Below are positions 52,047-64,000 of a stretch of DNA of 64,000 nt, in pieces. Location: contig OX597817.1 of the NCBI GenBank assembly GCA_951406725.2, forward strand, positions 73,780,001 through 73,844,000. Reading direction: 5' to 3'. The translations under genes and the position numbers were made by a program. A model generated the notes under the pieces. That model saw only the letters and a program-made list of their open reading frames with translations, ran no database searches and had not been told where the DNA came from. The first letter of the stretch is position 1. Each line of letters starts with the position of its first letter. This stretch comes from Octopus vulgaris (Eukaryota).

Positions 52047-52576
52047 TTTGAACTGAAGAACTATAAGCTGTAAGAAACGTTAAGAATACAAGATGAAATG
52101 TTTTTTTTTTCTTTCCAATATGTTCTTCCTTTACGTTTGATTTTCAAACCCTTACAAAGACGGCTTCTGAGGACGATAAATTTTGTGCCAGAAAGTGATT
52201 GCAGTAGATTCGAGGTAGAGACAGAGGCTGGGACATTGGCATGGACTCGGTATAAAGAAAAACGAATGAAGAGGGGGGAAAGAGCTAAAATGATTCTGTA
52301 AAAAAATGTCGAACCAGTGAGAGAACCTGTAAATGGTCGTTCGACATAGTAAGAACAATAACCAAATTCCCCTCAAATCTATCGCTCACTGTGCGCATAC
52401 ATTCTTACACACATATATACGTAGTTACATCTGCACATAGCACATATGCATGATATATCTGCATGTCTATCTATTTATCGTTTTAATTAATGTCAGTCCT
52501 TACTAAACTGCTAAAGCATTAATTCGCCACCTCGCCACCACATCTCTTCCCTTGTTCACTGTTGCGAAGATTCACG

Positions 52577-52640
<64 letters not shown>

Positions 52641-52757
52641 ATATATGAACACGGAGAGAGAAAATGGGAGAGACAGAAGCAGGCAGAGTAGTATGCGAAA
52701 GATTTCGAGATAAAGAATGGTAATAAAGAAGAGACACACCCCATACACACACAGCGC

Positions 52758-52790
<33 letters not shown>

Positions 52791-53592
52791 GAAGCGATAA
52801 TGAGGGAGAGGGCAAGAAAGAGAGATAAGCAAAGAGAAACAGTATGTGTGGGTGTGTGTGTGAGAGAGCGTGTGTATGCTCGTTTGTATGAATGTATTTA
52901 TGTATGTAAACTAATAAGATAAAAGGATTATGAAAGAAATTAGTTTTTTTCTCCCTCGTCTGAAGAAAAGAAAAAAATCTGTCCAAAAGCGACAACAGGG
53001 TGTCGCTGGCGTCGGTAGTGGAGGTGCTAGTGATGACAGCCATGTTGGCTGCATATTTGCTGATGGTGGCATTATAGAGGGAAGGATTAACGGGTGTCCA
53101 CATGTCACAAGAAACCGTTTTTCTTTTTGTTTATATTTTTATGTATTTCGAAACAGTTAATTCTTTTTTCTGGTGGCGAATTTTCAACTTTATTAGAAAT
53201 GAAATCCATCCGAAATCCAATTCTGACTAGTGTCTAAAAATCTGATATAATTTCCCAGAAGGGTGTTTCTTTGTTACTAGAGCTAGAAAGAAGGTGGGGA
53301 AAAAATGAAAAGAAAAAATGTGAAATGTTCTCTCATAACCAAATTAATAAGCTCTAGACGCGCGCGCGCGCGCACACACACACACACACATACATATATA
53401 CAAGCATGTATGCTTGTATGGGGATTTATGGATGTAGATATATGTATATAGTTTTGGTTTGTATTTTGTTGGCATGTCGAGTATTAACAGGAACCGAAAT
53501 GAGGTGGTTTTACGAGTATGATTATGCAATATATGCTTAAATAAAGCAATGCGTTATCTCTCTCTCTCTCTTTCTCTCTCCCTCTGCCTCGT

Positions 53593-53623
<31 letters not shown>

Positions 53624-53666
53624 TATATAGATATAAAGGGAGATAGTGGGGAGATAGATAGATAAG

Positions 53667-53710
<44 letters not shown>

Positions 53711-54002
53711 CTAGACTGTTAATGTTTAACTCATAATTATGAGTCCATATGTGAATTTTTATTTTTGCTCTATTTCTTTTTTAAAACTGAGATTACTTAA
53801 CTAACGGCAAAGCTGAAGACATTTCTTTTCAAGTAAATTAAAACAAAGCTTATATTTCCTTCTACCCACATTTGCCCAATTTTCGGTGAGAAAATATATG
53901 AATATATAAAAAGATTTGTACTCATATATTTATGTACACATACACATATAACTATATACATATGTGTATGTATGTATGTATGTATGTATGTATGTATGTA
54001 TG

Positions 54003-54061
<59 letters not shown>

Positions 54062-54507
54062 ATATATATATACATACAAACATATGTAAATACAAATATA
54101 AACACATCCTTACACACTCACACACACAGACAAGCACACATACATATATGTATACTTATATGTTTTATGCAAAGGCGAACCTGGGATTAACATTCAAGTG
54201 TCAAGTCTCGTAAAACCGACAGTCTTAACTTGATCGGCGGTGAATTCAGATACTCAATAAAATTATCAGTACATACATCTGTGTGTTGCGTTCTCTGTTT
54301 AAGCCATTTCCAAACCCATAGGGTCATGGCAATGCAGGTGGGGAACGATTATATGAACAAGAAGAAGGATTGAATTTGTATCTGAAAATCAATTTTTAAT
54401 CCAGGTATATTATGTTTAAAAAAAATACCTCCTTTAAAATTTTGGAGAGAATAGAACTTCTAGTTTGATACACAATAACAAAGTTTAATCGTCGTCACTT
54501 CTATTTA

Positions 54508-56065
54508 CAGTGATGGATCTACCATAAAACTAATGAAGCTTAAGCTTCGGGACCCCTAGTCCCGGAGGGGCCCCTCTGAAGCAACTTAATTTTTTCATGG
54601 TCATTTTTTTTTGTTTTTGTATTTTGCCATGAAGATTGCTGTTATCAGTCTTAGTGGACGTCTAGACACGTAGTGTCTCGCTACAAGTTGTTTACCTGCT
54701 TTTTCTTCAGGTGTGGAGTAGCATAAAAAATAAAAGTACTAACGACTCGCAGATAATTCGCTTTACTTGAATTATTTTGGAAACTTCGGCCATGCCTCTT
54801 CCATTGTCAAATATGTCTACTACTACATCGGCACTGTAGAGATATGAATTCTTATTTTCACACCATTAGTTAATGACCAATGAAAGGGTTTGCCACCTAA
54901 TTTTGGACACAATCTGTTCAGTAACAAAGCATTTTTTCTAAAAAAAAATTGTTTCAATATCACCTTGTGCAAAATGTATTCATAGAATACAGTGACCTGG
55001 AAAACTGGCCCGTAATAATTGATAGTAATTTCATACTAAACCGTTTAATGCAAGACATCAATTTGTTTCAAAATTAAAAAAAAAACCCAGATAATGTATA
55101 TATTGAATCCAACAAGATTTAGTAACAGCAACATCGAAGTTTCTCAAACAAGTACTTTGAAAAATAGATTGAAAAACGGTCAGACTGGTCTGTTTACTCA
55201 AAGAGCAAACTCTTTTCTAAATACCAAATATCACTTACAACGGGTGGGTTTTCTGATCGGGTGAATATACTCAGAACTCTAGAAAATCATGAAGACAGCA
55301 TGAAACATAATAGGGCGATGTTGAGCTGGCCAACAAGAAAAGCAGATAAAAACACTGTGGATCAGCAACTTGAGGAACAGTTGAGAAAAATCATGCAGTA
55401 CTATATTGAAGTACTTAAACGAGTTGTAGCAGTTATAAAGTTTTTAAGTGAAAAAGGTTTAGCATTTAGAGGTCATGAGAAAAAATGGGGTTCCCCAAAC
55501 AATAGAAATTTCATGGGGGCCTTTGAGCTTACTGTGGTGTTTGACCTATTTTTACATGGACATTTAGAGAAATGAGAAAGTAAATATTATTTACCTATGA
55601 AGAATTGATAGAAATCATGGGAAAACACATGAATCAAATACTACTACAATTATGGTTGACTCTACACCTGTCATGACACATGTTGACCAGCTGGTAATTG
55701 TGGTTCGATACTGTTATAATGGAAAACACCGTGAGTGATTTTTAGCATTTTTGCCAATAGAAAATATGCATCCACGACCTTGTTCAACAAAATAACAATT
55801 TCTGGGGGAGCATAAGCTTTCACTTGAAAATATCCGTTGTCAGTCATACAACAATGCTTCCAACATGAAGGGCTCAGAGAAAGGGCTGCAAGTACTTCTT
55901 AAAAACATTAACAGTTATGAAGACTATCTACCATGTGCAAGCCTTTCACTCAACCCTGTTTGGTAAAAGGCAATGTCTACCGTGCCTGAAGCTGTTGACT
56001 GTTTTGGCATCTTGCAGCAGCTGTATGTTTTCTTTTCTGAATCTCCTCTAAAGAGCTAGTTAGCT
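54508..56065 (+). mobile_element. Decayed hAT transposon (ZMYM1-like/DUF4371 transposase)
   Basis: CAGTGATGGATCTACC terminus; LKRVVAVIKFLSEKGLAFRGHE, IMVDSTP..THVDQLVIVVRY, RCQSYNNASNMKG and PCASLSLN motifs, with stops and frameshifts. Confidence 0.85.
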
Positions 56066-56242
56066 AGCTAGATAGATAGATAGATACATAATCTCAGGCA
56101 TAGATGAGTTCCCTTTGCACCAATAAGGTTTCGAGCTTAGTCCCGTGGAACTCCACTTTGAGCAAAGGTCTCACAGCTTGGCTCCAGACTAGTTAATATT
56201 GTGCGAATTTTGTAGATAGTCATATGTATGTGTGTATGTGTA

Positions 56243-56282
<40 letters not shown>

Positions 56283-56314
56283 AATCTATCTATCTATCTA
56301 TCTATCTATGTCTA

Positions 56315-56372
<58 letters not shown>

Positions 56373-56524
56373 TGATTTCATATGTATATGTACGTAAAGG
56401 CATATATACATACATACATACATACATACATACATACATACATACATACATACATAAGTACATATATACATACATATATACATACATACTTACATACATA
56501 CGTATATATACATACATATACATA

Positions 56525-56820
56525 TAGGGGTTGGACAAAATAATGGAAACACCTAGTATCATAGCATCATAATTTTGAAATATATATTTAACCGCTAAAA
56601 GCCTGTTTATTTTTATTTTTTTAAATTTATTATTAGTGTTGCTTAATGTTTTGTTGAAATTGCTGTTTCTTTTCAGATATCATCAGTAAAAGGTAATTAA
56701 AATTCATTAAAATGACAGATCTATCGGACTTTCAAAAAGGTCAAATTGTTGGTGCTCGTATGGCAGGCACTAGCGTAACGAAAATAGCCTAAATATTTAG
56801 TGTATCAAGAAGTATTGTCT
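56525..56820 (+). mobile_element. Left end (TIR + transposase start) of the same Tc1 family as 19575-20660
   Basis: TA|TAGGGGTTGGACAAAATAATGGAAACACC. ATGACAGATCTATCGGACTTTCAAAAAGGTCAAATTGTTGGTGCTCG matches 19688 onward. Confidence 0.85.
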
Positions 56821-57400
56821 AGTACAAATATCTTTCCTATTATTTGTCAAAGGTTTTCGTCCAATACCTACATGTGTTTTCTTCCTCTTTAACGTATATT
56901 TTGTTTTCATTTTGTTTAATCTTTTTCGTAAATAACTGATATTTTACTTTTATCGTAAAAACAACCTTGTTTTATTTAATTTTATTATAAGTAAGCCTAT
57001 ACGTTTTTCATATTCTTTTCCTAGTGACTAATCTTAACCAAATATCCTTTCCTGTATTTTTGTTTTATTCTTACTAAAACTCCATCTGACGATTTTGTAG
57101 TTTTTGCCTCGATGTTGCTGTCTATTGTCTTACAATCACATTCAATGTTGTTAATTCACTGTGAAACATAGTTCTGTCTCAGATATCGAAACCTATTTTT
57201 CCTTAGTCAGACAGCTGGTGAGGGCTCAATTTGCATTTGTTTGCTTCAGTTATAACGTTTGTCATGTATTATCATGTGTACCGCATGCATACTTGCTTGT
57301 GTATTTGTATACTATGAGTGCGCGTGTTTATGTGCAAACCTATACATATAGAACATACATATACACATACACATTTATACACAATGTGCATGTATATATA

Positions 57401-57434
<34 letters not shown>

Positions 57435-57960
57435 CATTCATGTACACGCCTAAATAAATGTATATATGCTTATATATTTGTATATAACTAATGATATTCT
57501 CCACAAAATAGATAATACAACGGAAAATTATATATAATAAAAATAAAATAAAAATATCTAAAGAATGATAAACACAAAATTAATAAAAAGCGACTATATA
57601 TAGGATAAGATTAGGTATCTAGTGTCATAAAATATTTTATAGACATCGTATATTGGGATCATGTGTGATGTATAACTTATCACACTTACACATCCAACAA
57701 CAGCACGTCCTCATTGTTATTGCTCATGATATTTCTAAATATCTAATGTTCATTCATAAACACCCGCGTATATATATAGACACGCATACGTGCGTAGGCT
57801 TAAGTATATATATATATAGATATATACACGCACATACTCACGCACAAACACACCCACTCAAACACACACATGCATCTTATTTTAGAAGTAGAGAGTAATT
57901 TCCAGCTAAAATTATATGTCCAGGCACATAAACACTTCCTAAATGGATTTCAGTTTTATA

Positions 57961-58050
<90 letters not shown>

Positions 58051-58191
58051 CTATCTATCTCCCTATCTTTATACACACACACAGACACAGTATATATAAT
58101 ATATTTATATTCTGCCTATTTCTCTCTGTCTCTGTGTCTCTTTCTGAATAAGTGCATACATACTGCATACATGCATATATGTGTGTGTCTA

Positions 58192-58225
<34 letters not shown>

Positions 58226-59739
58226 CACAAATATGTATATGTATAGACACATATATATGTATATATACACACACATATACATATACATATAGATATACAC
58301 ATACATATGTATGCGAATACCTACGTACACACGCACATATATACATATATATATATGTATATATGATAATGTATATATATATATATATGCATCTATATCG
58401 ATGTATATATGTATGGATATATGTCAATGCATATTCCTATATTATAATTATATACAAGTAGGTATACATCGCAGATCTCTCTATCAGTTTGTGTATAAGA
58501 ATAAATCTGTTTCGTGTCCATATGAAGATTCTTCGTTTATATTATATAACTAAGCATATAATTATACACATCGGATCTTACTGCCGAGCTCTTTGATGCT
58601 ATGCTATGCAATAAATAAATCAGTTCTTTATTTTTTCTCCTTTTTCTCTATTTCTTTTCCTCTTTCTTTTTTCACTTATACGAATGTTTCTAGCTTTCCT
58701 TGGCCGAATATTTCTTCAACATCTTAAATTAGCCTTTTACGATGTCAGTTCTTGTAGTTCTTTGTCAGATTCCAAATAAAATTCTTTAACGTTATTGAAA
58801 TTTGTTTTGTGTGATGTCGAAATTACGTTTGTATTTCAGACATGTTTAGTTCTATTAAATCTTAATTGATGTCAACCGAAGACTTCGCCTAGAAAAGTTT
58901 TAAAATCACGAAGCAAAGAACTTTTTAACTTTCTTTTCCTTCCTTTCTTTTTTTTAATGATTGGTTTCAATCAATAAAGTTTGGTCATGTGAGGGCATAT
59001 CTTTCAAGAGTTTTATTTGATTATATCGAACCCCCAGCAACTTGTTTTGTAAGATAATAGTGCTCAGTGATCTTTCACGAAAAGGAAGACTACTTACACG
59101 GATTCATGGAGAGAGACGTACGTACATACATACATACATGCATACATTCATACATACATGTTTATATCAACGCATACATATACACATGTAGACACACACA
59201 TTCTGCTGTGCATGCGTGTGTGTGTAAAGGTGCTTATGTATATATATATATATACATACAATGAGAAAGAGAGAGAGAGAGAGAGAGAGAAACGGAGAGG
59301 GAGGTACATATATAGATACATACTCACATGCATAACATGTTTCTCATACTCTGTTGGAAACCCAGTCAATACCATATATGCTATCTTTATATAGTATGTT
59401 AGCGCTAGTATGCATGTCTAAATGTATATATATATATGGACACATATATATACTGCAGTAATCTCTGTTTTTGAAGTGTAAATATTTAAGCATGTTCAAG
59501 CTTGTATAAATATATGTTTGTTTATGCTATATATATTATAATATAAATAATATATAAATATATGCATATATACATACATATATGTACATACTTACATATA
59601 TATGTATGTATATATATATACATATGTGTGTGTGTGTGTGTAATTATATTTGAACACGTAGCATATATTTCATAGTGGTGGTCTTTTTGATATCACAATA
59701 GTATGCTGTAGGAAGATATCTACTGTTCAGAGCTTGTTT

Positions 59740-60000
59740 GGTTAAGACCCATTTCGTGTGTCTAATCCAAGATTACGGTGGATGAGTCACAAATTTCATA
59801 TCTGTTAGCAACTTAAGAAGATTTCTTTTCCTCCTCACTACATTATAAGCGACAGATGCCAAATTGCAAATTCTTTTTGTAACTACAGCATCTTGGAATT
59901 CTGTGAACCGCACTTTTTTGTTTTTGTTTTTCTTCCTTTGGTTTTCTTTTAGGCTATCAGGAGTCTTTAATGAGTTACAAGTTTCCACTCCCAAATCATC
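59740..60000 (-). pseudogene. Possible mariner transposase remnant
   Basis: ...LLKLLTDMKFVTHPP*S resembles the mariner HPPYSP motif; otherwise degenerate. Confidence 0.33.
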
Positions 60001-60249
60001 AAAGCAGACTTTGTAATCGTAATTAAATAGTGGGGCAGAAAATTCCAACCCAGAAGGATTAGCAGAATATGTATAGATCAAAAGAATATTTTTTCGAATA
60101 TGTAAGTGAAGTGTTCTCGTATACGATATCGCTAGAAAATAAATTAACTTCAAAAAGAAAGAAATAATAAATAAGTAAAATAGACTCTAGGTCCATTATG
60201 AAGATTTTTAAACTTAGGTAGTGGGCCATACATTTAGGGTGAGGAGCAT

Positions 60250-61030
60250 TGCCGTTTTAAGCAATATTTAACGAGTGGTACGTTATTTTATCGACCTAAA
60301 CAGGTTGAAAATTAAAACGAATCTTGAAGGCATTTGAATTTTTAATGTAGACGGACATGGCTTGGCCTGTTTGCTAAAGATTTTGGTTTTGCTGTCTCTA
60401 ATAATGACTTTTATTATTGGTTTCAAATTTTGGCGTAAGGCCAGTGAAATTACTGAGGGAAGGAGTAAGTCGATTACAAACCCCAACGCTCAACATGTAC
60501 TTATTTTATCGATCCCGAAAGGAAGAAAAGTAAAATCGACCTCAGTAGAATTTAAACATAGCGACGGACTAAGCATTTTGGCCGGCGTGCTAACGATTCT
60601 GCCAGCACGCCGTCTTAATATTGGTTTCAAATCTGGGTACACGGTCAGTGAAGGAGTAAGTCGATCACATCGACGACAGTGCTCAAATGTTACATATTTT
60701 ATCGACTTCAAAAGGATGAAAGGCGAAGTAGAATTCGAAAGAATTTGAATTCGGAACTTAAAGACTGACGAAATGCCGCTAAACACTTTTGCTCGTCGCG
60801 TTAACGATTCTGCCAGCTCACCGTCTTAACTACTTTTAATATTATCCTAAATTCATAAACATATAGAATGAATGTAGAAGATTTAACCTAATATCATTAC
60901 TTGGATGATACTTCACTTTATGCTTTATCAATCCTGAAAGGGTGAGAAGTAAAGTCGATCTCGGAAGAATTTGAACTCGAAACATTAACGAGCTAATTAA
61001 ATGTCACGATGCATTTTGTTCGACGCTATT
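60250..61030 (-). mobile_element. Tandem cluster of 3-4 Meta-type SINEs
   Basis: Repeated TTGGTTTCAAAT...GTCGAT.ACA...TTTTATCGAC...AAAGGATGAAAGGC...GAATTTGAA...ACGATTCTGCCAGC.CGCCGTCTTAA. Confidence 0.75.
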
Positions 61031-61664
61031 CTATAACTCACTTTCTTCCCGAACAATAATTTCTAATAGGCACATAGCAGGCGGGCGCACACCAACCCAA
61101 ATCCGCGCGCGCGCACGTAGAATTACTGTGGGTGGATATAGCAGATCAAATCTATCTCCTGTGTCCCTGTTGATACCAACTCGCTTGAGACTGCTCTGGT
61201 TCTACTATACAAATGTTATGTTTTAAAGCGATCTAAATTAAAACTTTCCATTAAAATTTCTCGTTAATTTATGCTCCAAACATCATCTTCGTAATGTAGT
61301 TATTTTTCTATATTCTTCATTATTTTCAAAATTAATTGAAACAAAGGAAGTGTATTTCAACAGGAAGAAAACTGAAGTTAAAATAAATGTCAAATTTAAA
61401 TGGCAAGAACTTTCTATCATTTTTATCTCTACAATGTTATTTAAACAATAGACTGGTGGCATTGTTAAAGCATTATCAATATAGTATTTGCTCCGACTCT
61501 TTGAATTCTCATTTAATTTTCTCATTGGTTTCAGAGGCATTGAAAAAAATATATAAAGTCATGGACGCAGATCTTCTCTCCTTCACGAAGCAGTAAAAAA
61601 AAAACAGGGCCTACTTGTGCTAGACTAGAACAGTAACAACCACATAAATAAGTCTTTAAAATAT

Positions 61665-61870
61665 TTGTTTCAAATTTTAGCAAAAGGCCAGCAATTCCAG
61701 GGAAAGGTGTAGGTCAATTACATCGGGCTGTGTGGATCTTATCTTATTGACACCGAAAGGATGAAAGTCAAAGTCTAATTTTTGCGTAATTTGAACTCAG
61801 AAGCTAAAGGTGGACGAAATGCCGCTAAGCATTTCTCCAGCATGCTAACGGTTCTTTCACCTCGTCGCTT
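61665..61870 (-). mobile_element. Meta-type SINE
   Basis: GTTTCAAATTTT...GGCCAGCAATT...CCGAAAGGATGAAAG...TTTGAACTCAGAA...GACGAAATGCCGCTAAGCATTT. Confidence 0.75.
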
Positions 61871-61881
61871 CATGTTTCAAG

Positions 61882-61949
<68 letters not shown>

Positions 61950-62369
61950 CAATGATTATAGCGATAGAGTCTCTGGAGTCAAGCTAGTTGAAAGACCTTG
62001 AACGAAGCTGCACAGAAAATCATGCCCGGTAGCACATGCAACTGCCCATACTGTTTGCATTGGAAACACATGTAGGTCATCGTAACCATAAAAATATGTT
62101 GTATGACATTGTAAAACAAAGGAAAATGAATTTTGAAGATGTATCAGTCTCCGTATTCTCTATCGTTATAGTAATTGCTAATATACACTCCATAACAATA
62201 TTACCATTCAGAGAAGCGAACACAAAATTACTCATCGGAGAAATTTCTGCGTGTGTGACAACTTCAAGTAGTTCAGTACTAATTGATGCAGTTACCCGAA
62301 ACCTGGAACATAACTGAGAGCTACCACGGTATCCGCCCGAATAATATATCCCTCTAAACACACATGAAC

Positions 62370-62520
62370 GATCATGAGATTGCGCCTAGAAATTTAACCC
62401 CCGAGGTTAAGTAACACCAGCAGTCGCCCATTCATACTAGTCTTCCCTCTCAACGCCACTAATGTTATCCAAGGGAAAGGCGAAATGGCAAAGGCCGATA
62501 CAGCTTGGCACCGGTGATTG
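62370..62520 (-). mobile_element. Probable SINE 3' fragment
   Basis: GC-richer block GGTGCCAAGCTGTATCGGCC...GGGCGACTGCTGG...TTTCTAGGCGCAATC next to (CA)n; no second copy in the window. Confidence 0.35.
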
Positions 62521-62559
62521 TGAGCTCGGCGCTAAGACTATTGAGTCATGAGCATTCAT

Positions 62560-62593
<34 letters not shown>

Positions 62594-64000
62594 ACAAGGC
62601 CACCTTGGATATTTCAAAAAATATTCTGGATTCATATGACAGTTCATTTTATCTGATTTATTTCAAACTGTAAGTATAATATTCTAATTGATGACGGGTG
62701 AGGAAATCTGTTCACCACAAGGCAGTGGATTGGAAAAATAATTAGAACGTCTGATAAAATAACTTGCTGCAATTAGTTACGTCTTTTTGAGCCTTGAGTT
62801 CAAATGTGGTTGAGTTGGATACGGCGATGCAGGGTATCTCGGTTATTGAGAATAAGAGGTCCGGTGAACCCATGATAGTTCCTGTGTGAGTTGCGCTGCA
62901 CCTGCTGAGCTGACGCATAAGCAACTGAATTGGCCGCAGGTTTATATGTTGGTATTTTAGATGCCAGTAAAAGCTGTATTTGAATTGATATTTTTATAGC
63001 TAGTCTACTTTTCATCGCTGCTTTATAAATCACTTCATACCAGGTCAGATCTCCATCACTGCTAAGTTTGTTGAGCTTATAACTGCTTTGACTGCTAGAA
63101 ACATTTACGAGTAATTTCAATAGGTCAACCGATAACCTGGCACCGCATCTCTGAACTATCGCAAATGGCTTTGCCAATCTGAGCTGAGCTGCATGCCCTT
63201 TTGAGCGCTGCAAACAATTTCCATTTGGTAAACTCCTCAACAATATTACTGTAAGCTGGCGGTTGGTCTGAATGGTGATGACATATGTACTTCAGTTGAG
63301 GAAGTAGGTGCATGAGCTGGTTGGCCTGACATCTGATACCGTACAATCCGTGTGGCTAGATGAGGCGGTTGATTTGTACTGAAAGTGTAATGAAGGTTGA
63401 TAACGTAGGGACGTCATTGACGCTAGCCAGTCAAATAAATGACAATTATTGAAAAAAAAACCCCAAAAAACTACTAGTTTGATTGTCTATGTTTGAGTCA
63501 CTGGGATACAGATATTATAACTGCATCAGGTACTCGCTACATAATAAAATGACCAAATTCAATATTCTCTCCTCATGCACAATCCAAATCTAAGTTAATT
63601 TGTGTTTTGTGGTCTCACGTTGAAACGTAACAATATTAATTGTAAGGTTAAATTAGAAACTGCACACGCTAAAATCTTTCTTAAGTGTTTAAAAATCCCG
63701 ATTTGATTTAATGGGGAAGCCGTCTTTGATTCGCTCAACCGAGAAATGAGAAAAATGATAATTTAACTCAATTATTGAACGAACGAATTTAATGCAACGG
63801 AATTGAGAGAGAGGATTGCAAGTCTATTAATTAGCAACCAGCAAAAATAATTTAAGGCTGCCCATATACCGTTGCCATTGATTTCGCTTATTGTAATTTG
63901 CAAAATTTTAAAGTATATTGGATTTCAGAAGTATTCTGAGCATTGGATCAACATTAAATATTCACTCATTCATAAAAGTTAAGAGCAGTGTAATAATCAT

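Noticed and set aside
62742-63346. 147-aa minus-strand ORF as a host gene
   Set aside because: No recognisable domain or splice context; more likely antisense to decayed TE sequence.

Overview
This is AT-rich eukaryotic (metazoan) non-coding DNA, dense in microsatellites and transposable elements. The tRNA-derived SINE types and the repeat style suggest an octopod cephalopod, which is an inference I cannot verify. I found no convincing host-gene exon, and most ORF-track entries are translated (TA)n/(CA)n/(TATG)n/(TCTA)n tracts. The window is dominated by Penelope-like retroelements (PLEs): one near-intact 5'-truncated RT + GIY-YIG copy (16775-19290), two long decayed minus-strand copies, and many solo or inverted pseudo-LTR (pLTR) fragments that nearly always abut (TA)n or (AAT)n. 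Reading both strands by eye gives about 13 complete or near-complete type-I hammerhead ribozyme motifs plus remnants, from roughly eight unrelated pLTR families. Several have non-canonical cores (U4C; A6U/A6G) or very long stem II. One Poseidon-type family carries a tRNA-like Pol III cassette, then (AAT)n, then a hammerhead, and two inverted-repeat structures break at or next to the predicted ribozyme cleavage site. Also present are decayed Tc1 (DD36E), rosa-type (DD41D), mariner, pogo and hAT transposons, RTE LINE fragments and more than 20 SINEs. All alignments and folds were done by eye, and element boundaries are approximate.
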